Shown here in pieces: positions 13,201-26,339 of a DNA stretch of 64,000 nucleotides. The position numbers were made by a program, and so were the translations under genes. Every line of letters starts with the position of its first letter. The stretch's first letter is position 1. The notes under the pieces are model-generated. The model ran no database searches, was not told where the DNA came from, and saw only the letters and a program-made list of their open reading frames with translations. The DNA is from Lama glama (Eukaryota): positions 73,596,001 through 73,660,000 of the forward strand of contig CM052817.1 in the NCBI GenBank assembly GCA_028534125.1, written 5' to 3'.

Positions 13201-14439
13201 GTGACTGTAATTTGAAGTTTGCCAAAAACTCTGAAATAAATGATGAATTTTAATTAAAAGTAAAAAGGCAGAACTATGTAACATTATTTTTTGAGACTCC
13301 TACAGAGGTGCATTAGAAAAACTTAAATTTTATAGTCAATTTATGAATTGGCTCAAAATTTCTCTTTATTTCATCTTTTTGGGAGATATTTATCTGTGAA
13401 CTGTCCATTCATCTTGCCTTAGATTGATTTATTTAAGGGGAGAGAGGATGCCCAGGGGACCCTTGCAGAATAATGGGTAGATGGGCTGATTTCTTGCTTA
13501 TTAGTCAGCTGGAATGGTTTGATTTTAAACTTCTTCCTAAGGGATAGGAGCCACTTAAAATGAGGTTTACTCAATCATGGAAATATAATTAAAAATAAAG
13601 ATATTATTTTGTCTCCCCCACGCCCCCCACTTATTTCTCATTTTTGGTATTCTAGTTGGACTTGATGACTTAGTGTTATCACGGATGAAACCTTAAATCG
13701 ACCAGTGGTTCTTTTGTTCTTTTGTTATCAGAGTAGGACAGATGTAACTGCAGGGTTCAGCGGGAGCTAGCTAGTAGAAGCCTCTCATTAAAGAAGAATT
13801 GGGAAATCCCATCTGAACACCCCTCCTCCTATTATTTAGTAAATGGAAAACACATGATGAATAAAACAGTGAGATCCTTAATATCAAATGCAAGAGTGAG
13901 AACTGCAGTAAACCTTATTCTTTCTTTCTCTCCTGCTTTCTTTTCTAAAGCAAATCATTTGTATTTGCTCAAGTTCAGCACAGCATGTTTTGAGGTAGTC
14001 CCATTAAATGTAATTACTATGTGATCAAGTTGTAGTTTAACTCCTCCCTGAGCCCAATAGAGTACTTTAGAAATGAAGAGCTTCTCAACCCAAAGCATCC
14101 TAAATATCCATGGCAGGAATGTTCATACTGTCACACATGAATCAAAGCATTATTTTGACTCTAATTAACAGTTATCTGTATGGTATCTACTGTACTACTC
14201 TTTGGCCACACACAGTATTTGAAGGATATATGCAACTTAAATCTTACGTCTGGGGTTTGGGAAGGGAGAAAAATACAAAGAATGTTTTGAATTCATCTCT
14301 TCTTTCTTCTGTTTTTCCAACTGGTTTCTACATATTAGAAAACCTATTGTTCCACGGATTTATCCCAGACCTTGGGCATAAACTGTGTGGAGAGTCAAGG
14401 GCATGGGTTAAATATGAGGAATGTGGAACAGTGGAAGTG

Positions 14440-14620
14440 GGAACTGGAGGACCTGTGTTGCAGCCCCGTCTCTGCCACCGCCTGGCATTTGCTTTGGTTA
14501 GTACTTAACCTCTCTGAGCCACCTGTAATATGGAGGAACCAAGGAGAACCTCTTCATAGAGGGTTATGGTGTAGACTGAGGGCAGTAATCTACACACAGT
14601 CGCCTCGTGAATGTCATGTG
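14440..14620 (+). mobile_element. MIR SINE
   Basis: GACCTGTGTTGCAGCCCCGTCTCTGCCAC..TACTTAACCTCTCTGAGCC..CTGTAATATGGAG..CATAGAGGGTT. Confidence 0.6.
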
Positions 14621-14772
14621 CTAGAGTACCAATTTGGTTTCTCATTGGGAACTGAAGTCCATTTTCCCAGTGGAGCGTAAGAGGAATTCCAGAGCAGTGA
14701 GAACTCAGACTTTCTTGTCTCAGAGTCCCTTTTTTGTTGCCAGCTATTCTCCATTCCCACCTTCAACCTTTT

Positions 14773-15127
14773 TTATTTTTATAATTTTTAAATTTTTTGT
14801 AAGTAATTTTTATTTTTAATTGAAATATAGTTGATTTATAATTTTGTATTCTTTTCAAGTATACACCGTAGTGGTTCAATATTTTTCTAGATTTTACTCC
14901 CTTTATAGTTATTACAAAATAACGGCTCTATTTCCCTATGTTGCACAATATATCCTTGTTCCTTATCTATTTTATACATAGTAGTTTGTATGTCTTAATC
15001 CCCTTTCCCTATCTTGCCCCTCTCCCCTTCCTTGTCCCCACTGGGATCCATTAATTTGTTCTCTATAGCTGTGAGTCTGTTTCTGTTTTATTTTTTAGAT
15101 TCCACATATAAGTGATACCATACAGTA
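14773..15127 (-). mobile_element. L1 3' fragment
   Basis: TTTTTAATTGAAATATAGTTGATTTA...TTTTTAGATTCCACATATAAGTGATACCATACAGTATT, a typical antisense L1 3' UTR. Confidence 0.85.
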
Positions 15128-18100
15128 TTCACCCTTTTAACTGTTTTCCCAGAGGGATTCCATGCTGAGAGTGTAGATTATTAATTTCCCAATCTGATAC
15201 TTTTGGTGTTGGGGCCTCTAGAAGTAGAGTCTCTAGAGATGTTTGTGGGGTTCCCAAATCTTCCGCTTAGCAGTGAGGAAGGCTGTAACACATCTATGAA
15301 GTGTTTCCCAAAGGTAGCTTCTTCTGTTTTCTAAAGTCAATGATGCCAGTGAAAGATGCAACAATCAGTTTAGAAAGAAGGAAGGTAGTCTTTTACAATT
15401 AAGCAAGTCTCATTTGTATTATCCAGAGACAGCCACCTTGTAGCGTTCTCTTTTTTAATAGGTTATTGTTCCTAGGCTGAGTTAGAATACTCACTCAAAC
15501 ACTTGTAGATATATATTTTTTGAAATTATCTACTATCATCCAAATGAAACATTCTTTTCCTACCCAGGAAAGCAATGAGTTCTCCCCAGAAGAATCAAAT
15601 TTCAGTGAGTTTTGGAAGAGGGTCGAGTTGACATTCACTATACTACAAAAGAGCTTCCTTTATCGGGAAAGCATATGCACCCTAGTGGAATCAAATACTG
15701 CTCTATTTGCCCACATGGACCATTTAAATTAGATTACACTTGAGAAAAAATGAAACAGCCTCTTTCTTGTGTTTGGAATACCACTTACTATCTGGATTTA
15801 AGGAACATAATAAATAGTGATCCAAGGCATACCATGCAGCCACCAGTGTGACCCGGTATAACATCACAGTCTTGTATTACATGAGGTGAGAATGACTGAG
15901 TGTATACCAGGATTACAAGCCTGTAGAACAACCTTGGAAATCATACCTAGAGTTTAACTTTCTTATTTTAGAAATATAGGCACTGAGATTCAGGTAAAAT
16001 GACTTGCCCATTTAATCCAATGAATGGTTGATCCAGGAATGAGATTCTTGAATCCTGACTACTCATCCTATGGAGCAGACCAAAAACGCATGGTCTGTAA
16101 TGGCATGATAGGAAAAAAAAAGTGCTCTCTAGGAAATTAAACCTTAGAAACTAGAGAAATACTTTAAGAAACAAAGCAAAACTTTGCATCAAATGTGAAC
16201 TGTCTATTATTATCATGTGCCTTTATATATATTATATTATATTTGGGAGAAGAAAGATTTCTTTCTCCGATAAAAGCTACTTCAGTTTCAGGTTTGGTCA
16301 GAGGGAAGTTGTCATCATCCCTATTGCCCTCATCCAACATTATCATGAAGCCCAGCCAGGTATGTGAGTCTTTATGATTAAAAGAAAATTAAATGGGCAT
16401 TTCCCATTTGTTCTAGGAGTATAGGTTCTGAGGCAGACAGCCTTGTAGGGACAATCTAACTGCCCACTTGTCACTAGCACTTGACCCCTATATTGACAAC
16501 TTCCAGCAATCACCTGCCTTGATTCTCTCTCCTCCATTATCTCATTCCTATATGTTGGATGAGTTACAGGAAGAACTTTCTTAATGATCTAGAAGCACGT
16601 GTCTTGGCTTCCTGGTTGAACCCCCTAGTAGAACCTAGTGCGTAGACGGGTACTGGGACCATCTCTTTTCCTGCTTGCTTCATTTTTCTATAGTATGCTG
16701 CCATGTCAAATTAGCTATCAGAATGGAATGAGTAATTTTCTGGGAATTACCAAAAAATGGTCCAGAGGAAGAGGCTCTGACTTCAAGTTAAGATCCAGGT
16801 TGAATGGTGGAATGGGAAAACCTTGAAGATGGGTGAATTTGAGAATGAAATTATACCAAGAGGGGAAATCAAGATCAATTTTAACTATGTCACAAATGTG
16901 ACATAGGTGGGCCCAAAAGAAGAATCTCTGCTATTTGTATTTTTATTTAGCTTAAAACTGGATGGAGTTTTCCAATTAAAATAATAATAACTGAGTAGTC
17001 TTGACTTATCTGCAATCTATTCAGTTGATCAAGAAATATGCACTGTCTGTTGTATGACCAGAATTACTGGAAAGAAAATATTGATGAGAAAAGACTGCAA
17101 CCAATATAAAGGAATCTCCTGAGGGTGGTTTTAACCTTCTGAGGTTAAAGTGAAGGCAGAAACAGAGAGTTCTCAATGAGAAAAGAGTGTCTTTTCATGT
17201 ATACCCTTGAGGGCAAGAATCATGTCTTAATTATCTTTATGTCTCTAGAATGAAGAACAGAACCTGGCACTTAGCAGGTGCACAATAATGTTTGCTGAAG
17301 GAGTATTGACAATCTTTCTGAGTAAATGTAGAGAATGAGTAAATTACCTGATTCTTTTGTGCCTAATGACATCCCTGTCTCCACTTTTCCCCATTTCCCT
17401 GCTTAGATTACCATGATGAGGAAGTACATTTTGGCATCTCTAGTGGAGAATGAAATTCCTTTTCCTATGGAAGACATGTTTAAACAGAAGTTTAGATATA
17501 ATTGAAAACTGTTTTGGGGGATGCAAAGGGATTTCCAGGAAATCATCAGGTCACATATAGTTTCTAGGACAAAGTGTGTTCAAACTTGGGAGCCCAGCCT
17601 TTTCTAAGTTAGTTTCACATCCATCTATTTTTTTAATAGGCTTTTCTACTATTCTTGCTGCTATGAGTCTGTAGAGGAAATAACAGATATCAAGAGTGTC
17701 TTTCACTCAGGATAAAAAGATATTTATCAAAGGATAACTGGTGATAGGGGGGTTGTCCTGAGTTTATCCATGGTTATTTTATTTGACATTGCAAGGCATT
17801 TAGTTGGGCATAAAAGATAGTTGCATATTAAGCAGTTAACTAGCTTGTGTGATTAACACTGAGAAGTGGGATAGTGATCTTGAAAGAAGGAAATTTTAAC
17901 GTAGTTTTTTTGTTAGAAAAAGTGAATTTGGCTAGATTTTACGGAGAAGGTTGAAAATAAGAATTGATATTTTTTAACTGGGAATTTTTCACTGACTCAC
18001 TTCACTGATGCAATTCATGGATGCTCCTCTTTTTGAAAGCTCCAGTCACGTTTCCTTAACAAAATTCTGAAGACATTATATTGTGATTTTATCTATCTCC

Positions 18101-19228
18101 CTTAAAATAGACCACTGAGTAAAATACTTGAAGACAGGAATGTATAGATGAATTTGAGGAATCCCTGGGGATATTTGAACTTTATTCTGAGGGTGCTGAA
18201 GATTAGGAAAAAATGTTTTATGAAGAATAAAAGTACAACAGTCTGGAGGTCAGATTGAAGGATAAAACCTGAAGGTAATGAGACAGCAAATCCTGTTGAT
18301 TAAAATAGTTCAGATATGAGAGAAAAAGAGGTGGTACAGTGGTGATAGGAATAGATGCAAGAAGTAAGACTACATTCATGTATTTCTAGGGTAGAGACAA
18401 AAGGTTGTATTTGCTGAGTACGGGAGCCTGGAAAGAGAAAAGGAAAAAGTGACAAAGCTTTTAAGCCTAATAGACTTTTTATTTTTGTCCCACATGGTGG
18501 GTAAAACTCCATAGCATTTGTACAAATGCCAAATTTGTTTTCCAGGTCTAAATAATTTGTCTCAGAACTGTCAGCATTTCTGTTTTCTCTCATTATTTTC
18601 TGACTTCATTTACTGACCTTGAGAAAAGTTAGGTTCTGTCATCTCATAAGTTTTCCAATGTCCTTGTTTTGTACTAGAAAAAAAGGAAGGGAAATTGAAA
18701 ATGAAGACAGCTCCATCACATTCTGTTTGATATGGAATCACTGGCTATTTAATCTGCTCATTAAATTCTCTTTGAGTCATTTTTTTCCCCTTTAACAGGT
18801 AGGTCCATAAATTCAAGGACTTCTAGCAATAAAAAAGGAGTAAAAAATTATCTAGGAGGAAAATAAGAGAATGGTCACACATTCTGAGAGATGTAGAAGC
18901 TAAAGTCTGGGTAAATGATATGATTTGTTGTGAGCCATGTTATCAGTTAATGACAGCATGCTGATTAAAAACCTACATGTACTGACTTTCAAACCATTGC
19001 TCCTATTGTATGCTATAGTAGTTCTGGCAAAACTATAGATAATGTGTGAAATCTTCCGTATGTTTACAACTAAGCTAACTTAAAAGTTACTGCACAGACA
19101 TGTATGTATGACTGCAGAGAATTTGCAGGAAACCTCATTTAGTTTCCACTTAAATTTAGACAGTCACAAAGAACAATTTAACATTTATCTCCTCAACTGT
19201 AGGATAACTTCTATTTATTGAAACTTTC

Positions 19229-19710
19229 TGTCAAAGAGATAATTTTCTGTGGGCTTCTTACCTTCCTGTACACCTTGCAAGCAGAGGCACTGGCTGTCTT
19301 TGTTCTAGACTATTTTTTCAAGATATTGGTATAGCAAACAGCCCTGGAAGATAGAGGAACAAAGATCAGGCATGCTTACTATCCGATATAAAAAAGAAAA
19401 TGGCTCCCTTTGGAGCAAAGTACAGATATGCTTATTACCTACTATAAAAGATTCAGGGTTCCTCTCCCGTGTACAATCCACAAAGTGAGCAGGCATCCAT
19501 TTGGACCATACAGATTTACCTCTGTGAGAGTTGGGAGTAAGGGAAACTGACACAAGTATGTTGATGTCCATGCTGCTTGCTGTGGTGTGAGTAATAAAGT
19601 TCTTTGTCTTGGACCCAGGAGTCTCATATCTTCTGCCAGCATCCATGAAATTGTAGCAGGCTAACTTGTTAGCTTGCAAGTAGGATCTCAATCCATCACA
19701 ATTCTTAACA
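19229..19710 (+). mobile_element. Complete ERVL-class solo LTR (MER76-like)
   Basis: TG...CA termini with 5-bp TSD CTTTC (19224-28, 19711-15); TATAAAA 19443-49; AATAAA 19593-98; 3' motif CAGGCTAACTTGTTAGCTTGCAAGTAGG. Confidence 0.85.
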
Positions 19711-21049
19711 CTTTCTAGGTAGAGGGATTTATGGATCTTGGAAAAAACTGATAACTAGCTAGGAATAAAGGTAATTTGAAATGCTGTATGTCAGTTTTCA
19801 CTTAGATTCATATAGTTTTAGATAGAACAGTCTAAGATCCAAATGTGGCATTAATATCCCGGGGCTCACTGATAGGATTTGTGAAATAGTGCTTGCTCTC
19901 ACCCTTTACATCCTATATAGCATTGCATATATTGTTGTTATATTCTAAATGTTTTTGTGAATTGACAGTCTGAAAGTTTTTATTTTTGGACACTTATGCA
20001 GGGTAAACTGGGAAGCAGATATTATGTAGTAATTTCCATATGTAGTCAGTGTGACTAAAATGGGTGAATTGACCATACTTTGGTTCCTGAATTTTGCAAT
20101 AACTTCCTTGAGGAAGATTCTCCTACCTACCTGAATTTGGAGACCCCCTTTCCAGGTCTGTTGATCACTATATTATTAAGGCCTGAGGCATGATTTATTC
20201 TTAGTAGTTAAGCAGATTGACTAATTAAAATAGACACTGTCTGCTTTAGTTTTACTACTATGCAATAAACACTAAATATGAGGCCTAAATAGAAGAGGAC
20301 AAATATTGAATGATAAAGGGAACCCACCAGATACCTAGGGTTTGTTAAGGCCTAGAACAAACATATCCAACTTTTACACAAATCACTAAATACTAAATTC
20401 TGGGCTGTAGTAACTGTGTAGGTAGCAAGTTAATAATCTGGCTTCCAATTATTTTCCTGGTATAGGATTTAAAGCTAACAATAAATACACTGCATGTCTC
20501 TCTTTTTAGACATTAGGGGAAGTAAGTCCTAAGTTGTAAGATACTTTTATTTTCTTTTTAAGCTTTTTCTATTATCAATTTTTTTGTGTGTGAACAGTAG
20601 AATTTAAGGTTGTTATCAGATCATGTTGTTGTTATATAGAACGATAAAATGGATGCAAGAGTGGGTGAGAGGCTAAGGAGGCTGTAAAGAAAGTGAGAAT
20701 TGAAAAAGTGTAAAAGAAGCTGTTCTTCAAAGATAAAAAGCTTCCTGTGAGGTTGTTAGCCACAATGGCTTATATTTAGAAAGTACAATACGTGAAACAT
20801 CTTCTGAGATCAAGAGAGACTTCGCTTTGAGAGGAAATAGTAGAGTTTGACTCAGAAACATGTAGTTAATCATTCTAGAAATTAACATTGATGACCTTTC
20901 TTCTAATAAAATAAATAAATAAAAGAATGCAGATCCCTGCAGTTCTAGCAAGCAGAGGCTGTTAATTTGAGGGAAGACCTTGTGTTTATAGTATGCAAAA
21001 TCAGCCCTGTACTTCATCTCCCTCACGGCCTACTTACTTGCTAGCCATC

Positions 21050-21882
21050 TGTGGTGATTACACTTTCCAAGATGGCTCCCATCCCATATGCTCTTCTTCA
21101 AAGTGACCTTTCCATCCTTCCTATCAAGAGGTAGAGTCCACAAATGAACTTATCTACAAAACAGAAACAGACTCACAGACATAGTAAACAAACTTACAGT
21201 TACTAGGGGGAAAGGGGTTGGGAAAGGATAAATTGGGAGCTTGAGATTAGCAAGTATTAACTACTATATATAAAATAGATAAACAACAAGTCACTTCTGT
21301 ATAGCACAGGGAACTATGTTCAATGTCAGTGACCTATAAAGAAAAAGAATGCTGGAATGTATATATGTATATGTATAACTGAAACATTATACTGTGCACC
21401 AGAAATTGACACAGCATTGTTAACTGACTATACTTCAATTAAAAAAAAGAGGTAGAGTCCATTTCTTTATCTCCTGAATCTGGATTGGCCCCGTGACTTC
21501 CTTGACCAATAAAATATGGCAGAGCCCTTAACTGCCCCAGTACTTTCCACATCCCTGCCTCTTAGAAGCCAGTTGTCCTGGAAGAATACAGCCACCTTGA
21601 GACCCACATACAGTGAGAAGCCTGAGCATGTGGAGAGACCCTGGAAAATGAGATGCCGCATGGATAGGCCAGTCAGCGCCAGATAGATGAGTGAGGATGC
21701 TATTGTGGAGGTGGATCCTCCTGCCCTAGCTGCCTCACTTGACATCACGTGGATACGAATGAATCAGTCAGCTGAGCCCCTCCCAAATCTCAGGCCCACA
21801 AGTTTGTGAGCAAAATAAAATGATTGCTTTAAGCCACTTAGTTTATGAGGTAGTTTGTAATGGCAATAAATATTTGGAATAC
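21050..21882 (+). mobile_element. MLT1 (MaLR; F/G/H-like) solo LTR, split by L1
   Basis: TGTGGTGATT..TCAAGAGGTAGAGTC..TGAATCTGGATTGGCC..GTGACTT..TTGACCAATAAAATATGGCAGA; 3' part AAATAAAATGATTGCTTTAAGCCACTTAGTTT..GGTAGTTTGT. Confidence 0.75.
21141..21446 (+). mobile_element. L1 3' end inserted into an MLT1 LTR
   Basis: CAAATGAACTTATCTACAAAACAGAAACAGACTCACAGAC...GACTATACTTCAATT(A)n; perfect 15-bp TSD AAGAGGTAGAGTCCA at 21126-40 and 21447-61. Confidence 0.92.
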
Positions 21883-22688
21883 CATCAGTCTGGACTGGAT
21901 GGTAGTCCGAAGTCAGAGAGCACTAACAGATGATAAACTCTTCACTTTGACCTTATATTCTAAACAGGAGGAATAGTAGTGTTTGTTCATTAATAACTCA
22001 TTCTCAGGAATGATAAGATAGCAAACTAGCTTCATTTGTCAACTGTCTTTTTTATTATAGCTATCTGTTCAAAGGCTCTTTGAAGCTTTAATGTTCATAT
22101 TTCCACTACTTCTCTATCATTCTTGAGGGTCTTTGGCAAAGAATAACATTGTGAAAAACAGTTAATCCTCCTTTGACTTCTACTGTGATTCTGTTAAAGT
22201 AAACCCTGATCTAAACTTGGGATATTTTTCAACTTTAAAAAATCAATTATTTTGTCTATTTGTTTCTCTACATCTAATGCCTGAAACATTTCTGACTGAT
22301 ATATAATGACTCAAATAATTTTTCCCCCATTCTGTGAGTAACTGAGCCATCACTGGGCCTGTGTGTTTGCTGAGGAGGGAGGACTTCTTGAAGTTCATTT
22401 TAGTAGAGAGACACCCCATTGGAAGACATTGATAATGGATTAGGAATGAGAAAACCTGGAATTTAATTCAAAGTGCTACTAACTGTAGGTACAGTGTTGA
22501 GTAAGTAGCTAAGTAGTGCTCCAATTTTCTTACTTGTTAAAAGTGAGGAGCTGAATATAGTGGTCTCTAAGTTACCTTCTAACATTGTGATTTTTTTGTG
22601 GTTTTGTCACTTCTGTTACCACCATGGTTATACATCTTTTAAAGTATGGTTTATATTTATATAAGATTTAAGCCTCTGGATTATTAAA

Positions 22689-22840
22689 TTTTATTATTAT
22701 TATTATTTTTAGTGGGAGGCATTTAGGCTTGCTTGCTTATTTATTTATTTATTTATTATATTTAATGGAGGTACTGAGGATTGAACCCAGGACGTCATGC
22801 ATGCTAAGCATGCACTCTACCAGTGAGCTATATTCTTCCC
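22689..22840 (-). mobile_element. tRNA-derived camelid SINE (Vic-1 type)
   Basis: TTTAATGGAGGTACTGAGGATTGAACCCAGGAC..ATGCTAAGCATGCACTCTACCAGTGAGCTATA is the reverse complement of the SINE head; (TTTA)n tail. Confidence 0.85.
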
Positions 22841-24049
22841 ACTAGCTTATTTTTATGCTGAATATTTATCAATGGACACATACTTTCTCTTTATAGTTAA
22901 AAAAGAAAAAAACATTTGTCGTAACTTTTAAGCTGGTTTAAGGTTTAACATGTTTACAGTAATAAACTTAAATTGTATTGGAAAAATATGTCTGTCAAGG
23001 ACACAGCCTGCCCCAATGTGCTATTCATTTGCATCTGCTGGGAAACCCAATTATAACAGCTATTTTCAAGAACTCATATCACTGGAGACTGAGCAGAGTG
23101 ACCCTAGTAGAGCAAGCAGATCACAGTGTGTCCTAAAAATCTGACCTAGACAGGGACATGTACATGGTGAGCTCACCCACATTTTGTTATTCTCCAATGA
23201 AATTCTACATTTGATCCAAATTATCATCACTGATATTGATGTAAAATGAGACTATAATTACTCACTCTGCTAATTTTAATTCTTGTGTGTCTCAGGTGAA
23301 GTTAGGTGCTAAAATTGTTTGCCATGGGTCCCAAAAGCTCCTTTTTAGGTTGGACATGGTAAGTTTCACAACCAAATACCTCTTTGGTAAACCTTATAGA
23401 AGACTGGCTTAAAGGGAAAGAAGTAGGGCCCTAATCAGTTGTTGTTGCTGCTTCTTTAAGATCCATCTCAATGCAACCTTTACTGAGTCCACTCCAATCC
23501 AGAGCAGGACACACACCATGTTTACATGAGGAACAAGGGTCCTTCTTCTCAATCATTCCTTGAATGGCAGGCTTATTTAGTGGACTAATTTCTCTCTAAT
23601 TTCTGTTACAACTTACATAAGAGCTGAGGGTTCTTTAATTTAAAATAAAAATTGATAATATTTGACATAGGCTTTCTAAGTTTACCCATGTGAAGATTAC
23701 CACAGTGTAAAAGCTGCTCAGTGAGGTGGCATGTGTCCTTGTCTTCCTTCTGCTCCTAACTAGTTGCGGAATCTAGGGAACAATCTCTACTCTTTCTGAA
23801 TCTTGTTTCCTCTTTGTTAAATGAAACAGATTTCAAAAATGTTTCTCTGAGGCCTCTTCTCCATTGGAGACTTTAATGAAGATGAGATCTCTTTCCTCTT
23901 GCTATTTAGATGGGATGTCTCCCCACCACTCTCTTCTTGCTTCTCACTTCCTGCCAGAGCTTGTGACTGTAACACCGTTAATGGTGACAGACTAACTAAT
24001 GCATCTGTCCGCTCCGCCATCATGATTCCCCTAGACTGCTGATATGGCC

Positions 24050-24260
24050 TTTTATTTTATTTTATTTTATTTTTTTAATATGGTTCTTTTTTATTGAAGT
24101 ATAGTCGATTTACCATGTTGTGTTAATTCCTGGTGTACAGCATGGTGAGTCAGCTATATATATATATTCCTTTGCCTATTCTTTTTCATTATTGACTATT
24201 ATAGAGTATTAAGTATTGTTCCCTGTACTATACAGTAGGACCTTGTTTAGCTATTTTATG
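24050..24260 (-). mobile_element. L1 3' end (artiodactyl/camelid type)
   Basis: TTATTGAAGTATAGTCGATTTAC..TGGTGTACAG..GTTCCCTGTACTATACAGTAGGACCTTGTT with (TTTTA)n tail. Confidence 0.85.
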
Positions 24261-24339
24261 CAGCCTGTTAAACACATTGCTTCTCATTCATTCTCTGTTT
24301 AGGTCCCACTGAATAGTTCTATATAAAGAATCTTACTTT

Positions 24340-25460
24340 TAAAAACACCGTATCTTATCATTTCACTTCTCTCCTTAAAAAGATAAAAATGGCTTCATGT
24401 GGTTTTGCAGTCTGAATCCCAAATCCTTAACATGGCTTACTGGATTCTTTACACTTTAGTCCCAGACTATACTTCTGGCCTCTTCTCATGTCACCCTCTT
24501 CTCTTACTTTGCTGCGGCCTAGAGTTGTCCCACAGAAGACTGAGATGATGGCTCATTGCAAACGACTGCTTCATTTTAGTTTAAATCTGCTGCAGTAGGC
24601 ACAAAGAGAAACTTTTGTGAAAGGACACCTGGTGATACCAGGCTGAGGGGTGTTGCTGGGTGTGGCTTCTTAAGTCTTCCCATTCCTTCATGGAAGGTGT
24701 GCTCAGTTTTGTGGTCATGAAATTTTTCCCATCCAGGTTGAGGACTGGTTTGTCTATCTCCAAACGTGTTCCCCAAAACTCCAGAATAGGTATGCTACAT
24801 GGTTGCAAAATTTTTCTGGCCATATCTTGGTTTTAACATCCTAGTTCTGGGGACATATTCTTCATAAGCTAACAAGGTCATCTTGTTGCATGATTCACAA
24901 GTTATATATTAATGTTTAGGTATCACACTATGATACCTACATGGGGCAATAACCAGTCATGGACAAGCACACTTGGTGATACACTAAGGCCTAGGATGGG
25001 GTCCCACTGTGAGCCTGGCTAGGGGCTACCACACAACCAGGTGGGTCTTGGCTCAGTTCTGCCAATGCCATGCTTCTTCCCACCAGAGGCATTCACCGTG
25101 CTGTTGATTCTGCTTGAATCATTCTTTCCAAACTCCACTTTACACCTTTCTTTCCACTTAGATAATTCCTAGTCGTCATTCACATCTTCTCAATATTCAA
25201 GTCACTTCCTCTCAAAACTCATCTTATTCTTTCAGACTAAGTTGGATGTCCCTTTTTGATGCCTCCATAATACCCTTAACATCTCCTATAGAATTATTAC
25301 CCTTCTAGTTCAATGACAGTCACCACTTTTACACTGTAAACTCTTTAAAGGCAAAGATGATCTAATTCATGCTAAAGCCCCTAAAGCAGGGAGTCTGGCA
25401 TGTAGCAGTCTGCCACCCAATAGAAGACCTGTTACTCAAATAAAGGGAATAATGAATGAT
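24340..25460 (+). mobile_element. L2 LINE interrupted by an unclassified insertion of about 530 bp
   Basis: CCAAATCCTTAACATGGCTTAC..CTTCTCATGTCAC | CATGCTTCTTCCCACC..GCTGTT..TCTGCTTGAA..AAGTCACTTCCTC..CTGTAAACTCTTTAAAGGCAAAGA..CTGGCATGTAG. Confidence 0.65.
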
Positions 25461-26339
25461 GGAAGAGGAAGACAGATGAGAGGAAGGAGAGGACCACAGG
25501 GAGGGAGAAGTACTTCCTGAGGATGCTGATGGTGGAACAGCAAAGAACTGGGAGAGAAAAATGAAGGTTTCCTGTCTGGCCCTCGAGCCTGACTTTAGCT
25601 TCCAAAGAGGTGTAACTATTAGACAGACTCTCCCCACGTCTCCTACGGAAGAGAAACAATATGGAATAAGACTTGTGCGGAACACCTGGCAATTCAGGAA
25701 AGATACTGGAGGAGAGCAGTTCTGAACCCAATTCTGTGTACATTCCAACTAATACCAGGACTTTTTTACTGTGAAATTTGAGAGACTAAGTTTTTCCTTT
25801 ATTTGCTATCTTCATATTTTCCCCAATTGATAACAAAAGTGTAAAAGAAAAGAAAAAGAACATCCTTAAAGAACCTCAAGAAGGCGTTGTGTTTGCTTAT
25901 ATGATAAGCTAGCATTCTACGTTTCTGTTCTCAGTGAGGCAGAGAAGGGAGACTACCATGGGTAGAAGCACGGAAAAGAAACAGGAAATAGGAAAAGAAA
26001 CAAAGGCTTTATCCAGGAAGGGAGAGAGGGGGAAGAGGAAAGTGGACAAAAGCTACTGAGATACAGAATATGAGATTCTGATCCCATTGACCTATTGGGC
26101 ATCCTTTTTTCTCTCCTACCTCTAGTCCAATGTTGCTCTCCTCATCTCTTATGATTCCCCTCTAATTATTTGTGGTCCTCTTTTTTTCTTTTTTTAAATC
26201 AGACTCGCACCTTTGCTCCCAGATATAGGACCCATTCCCAATCACTCTGCTTTGATGCACTGAGAGTGTCACTCATATAGCAGGCATCCTAAAATATAAA
26301 GGTGACTACACGTTCCTGGAAAACATGAGTAGATATAGT

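Noticed and set aside
19305..19691. 128-aa and 66-aa minus-strand ORFs
   Set aside because: They lie entirely within a solo LTR and show no gag/pol/env motifs.
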